Below, piece by piece: positions 61,561-64,000 of a stretch of DNA of 64,000 nucleotides. Below the pieces are notes generated by a model that searched no databases, was not told where the DNA came from, and saw only the letters and a list, made by a program, of their open reading frames with translations. The stretch lies in the NCBI GenBank assembly GCA_965644265.1, contig OZ286473.1, positions 37,820,001 through 37,884,000 on the forward strand. Direction: 5' to 3'. The first letter of the stretch is position 1. Every line of letters starts with the position of its first letter. A program made the translations under genes and the position numbers. The DNA is from Glycera tridactyla (Eukaryota).

Positions 61561-62920
61561 CATATTGCAGGGAGCCCTTCGACAGAAATTTGATTGGAAA
61601 ATTTCAATCTCGAAATTGAAATACACTTATGGATACAGTAATTGTTCGGCGAACATTATAATGGCAGTCAGGACACTTGCCGGACAGTTCCAACTAGACA
61701 CAAGCTTTCATGTTGGCAAATTGGACAAACTTGTGTTCAAGTGTTCCACTGTCATAATTTTCGGCGAAAAACGACTTAAATATTCAAGTGCCGGTGACCT
61801 GCATCATTGATGAATTAAACAGAATTTACAATTAGATTTCTATTCAAACCTTTTTTTGTCGAATGATATGATATTCCAAATATATTTAAATTAATTCGCT
61901 TTGTGTTCATTGTCCAATAACGAAATATTATCATCACAAAAGTAAGGTATAATAACAATAATTATAATGATATATTTACATATATACAGACAGCCCCTCT
62001 GAATGTGGGATGCCTATACAAATTAGTCAGGGGAACCACGATCACCGGTCAAGTAGAAGGGAGTGACACACCAGTAGACATGTGTCTAACCCTTCGTGAT
62101 AGTACGTTTGCATATCAAACTCTTGACTGAGTTGCCCATATTGGCGCCACAATATAGCATCAAGATAGCTGACGTGACGGTAAACAAGAGCCAACCAACC
62201 AATTGCCCACTCTTGACACCAGTGAACACGTTTTTACTCCTTCATGATAGTACATTGACTTACACGGCTTGCTCTAGTCGCCCCATATTGTCAGTCCCGC
62301 ACTTTCTCTTCTTCACTGAGGGCCCCTTTGCCAGGAATTCGATATATCATCTTCGAAATGGAATTTCGACACAACTTCGGTTTCAACTGACTTTATACTT
62401 AGTTCCCTAATCACCATTCTGTACACATCGAATGATATAGCCATTTCATGGGCGTCTCAATATATCTCAGAAAATGCAGACGAGACGTAAAACAACCAAT
62501 GGATCAAGCAATCGAATAAGACGACATTTGGAACACAATCTTTCCACTCCACCTTTTACAGAATGTGGATCAACGAAATATTATCATAACAACAGTGAGC
62601 CGTAATAACAAAAATAAAAATTATGATAATGTATTTACATATTTACAGACAAAACTTCTGAGTGAGGGGTGCTTACACGAATTGAACTGGAGAACCAAGG
62701 AGAGATCACTGGTCAATCAGAAGGGGCGGCACATACGTAGAAATGCTCCTATCCCTTCAAGATAGTTTGGATCAAACTCATGACTGGGCTACCCACTCTT
62801 GTGCGCCACAATATAGCACAAATGGGGCTGACGTGCCATTAAACCAGATATAATCACCCAATTGTCCACTGTTAATATGTCCGAAATTCATGGTCTTCTG
62901 GTTCAGTCTCCTTCAACAGA

Positions 62921-63505
62921 AATTCTGATGAAAGTAACGTACATCTCTAAATCGGAATTTAGATAAATTCTGACGAAAGTAACGTACATCTCTAAATCGG
63001 AATTTAGATAAATTCTGATGAAAGTAACGTACATCTCTGTATCGGAATTTAGATAAATTCTGATGAAAGTAACGTACATCTCCAAATCGGAATTTAGATA
63101 AATTCTGATGAAAGTAACGTACATCTCTGTATCGGAATTTAGATAAATTCTGATGAAAGTAACGTACATCTCTGTATCGGAATTTAGATAAATTCTGATG
63201 AAAGTAACGTAAATCTCTAAATCGGAATTTAGATAAATTCTGATGAAAGTAACGTACATCTCTAAATCGGAATATAGATAAATTCTGATGAAAGTAACGT
63301 ACATCTTTGAATCGGAATTTAGATAAATTCTGATGAAAGTAACGTACATCTCTGAATCGGAATTTAGATAAATTCTGATGGAAGTAACGTACATCTCTGA
63401 ATCGGAATTTAGATAAATTCTGATGAAAGTAACGTACATCTCTAAATCGGAATTTAGATAAATTCTGATGAAAGTAACGTACATCTCTGAATCGGAATTT
63501 AGATA
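62921..63505. repeat. 45-bp minisatellite, 13 copies
   Basis: Unit AATTCTGATGAAAGTAACGTACATCTCT(AA/GT/GA)ATCGGAATTTAGATA; 585 bp = 13 x 45. Confidence 0.97.
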
Positions 63506-64000
63506 CTTGGATGCATTGGTTGTTCCACTGTCATCACTCATGTTACACTCATATAAGTTTCCCGCGAGGACAACTGGAATATGAATGTGAGAATTGAATA
63601 AACTCTACCATCAGATCCACTGTCAGTTCGGTTCATATTTGGACTCTCACTGCCTTTCTTGGTTGAATATGGTTCTGAAGTCTGCAGTCATTCAGCAGCC
63701 TGAGGGTGACACAAGCATTCATTCACATCTGGTTAGAGTACAGTAGTATGGTACAGAATCTGAGTTCAGTCACATCAAGATAGAGTTGCCCTCGTGGGAG
63801 ATACGCAGAAATCCCCAATAACAAAGCATAGCGGTGTCTGTTGAATGTTCGACCTCGATATGGTACAGGTCACCCATCTGTGTCGCAGCCCCACAAATCG
63901 TTGTGTAACAATACAATTGATGATGCGTGAGGAGTACTGTGAGTGAGAGGATGTGTAGAATGTTACCAGGTCATTGTAAAGGCGCGTCGTCGTAACTCTG

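Noticed and set aside
62921-63505. Hammerhead-ribozyme satellite (CTGATGA in every unit) or CRISPR array
   Set aside because: No stem II-GAAA after CUGAUGA; units abut with no unique spacers; eukaryotic context without cas genes.
63540-64000. Second GPCR or other coding fragment at the window end
   Set aside because: All - strand frames contain stops and no convincing motif.

Overview
Animal (probably lophotrochozoan invertebrate; inference from gene and repeat types) genomic window with two assembly gaps. The left ~29.5 kb holds the last exon of a pyrroline-5-carboxylate reductase (+), a DHHC palmitoyltransferase (-) and, head-to-head with it, a PRDM15/PRDM10-like gene (+, 7 predicted coding exons, ~1950 aa). 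That gene's 5-kb terminal exon encodes two AT-hooks and 23 zinc fingers, 14 of them strictly alternating C2H2/C2HC. Introns in this half are filled with DNA-transposon MITEs. The right ~34 kb holds one 2-exon rhodopsin-type (FMRFamide-receptor-like) GPCR (-) among fossil elements (Academ-type, PIF/Harbinger-type, DIRS-type tyrosine recombinase, SGNH-hydrolase ORF). It also has dozens of short (AAAC)n-tailed retroposons sharing the 3' end of an I/Nimb-type LINE; several TSD-bounded copies start at nearly the same nucleotide, and one duplicated the GPCR splice donor. All calls are by-eye; no database search was run.
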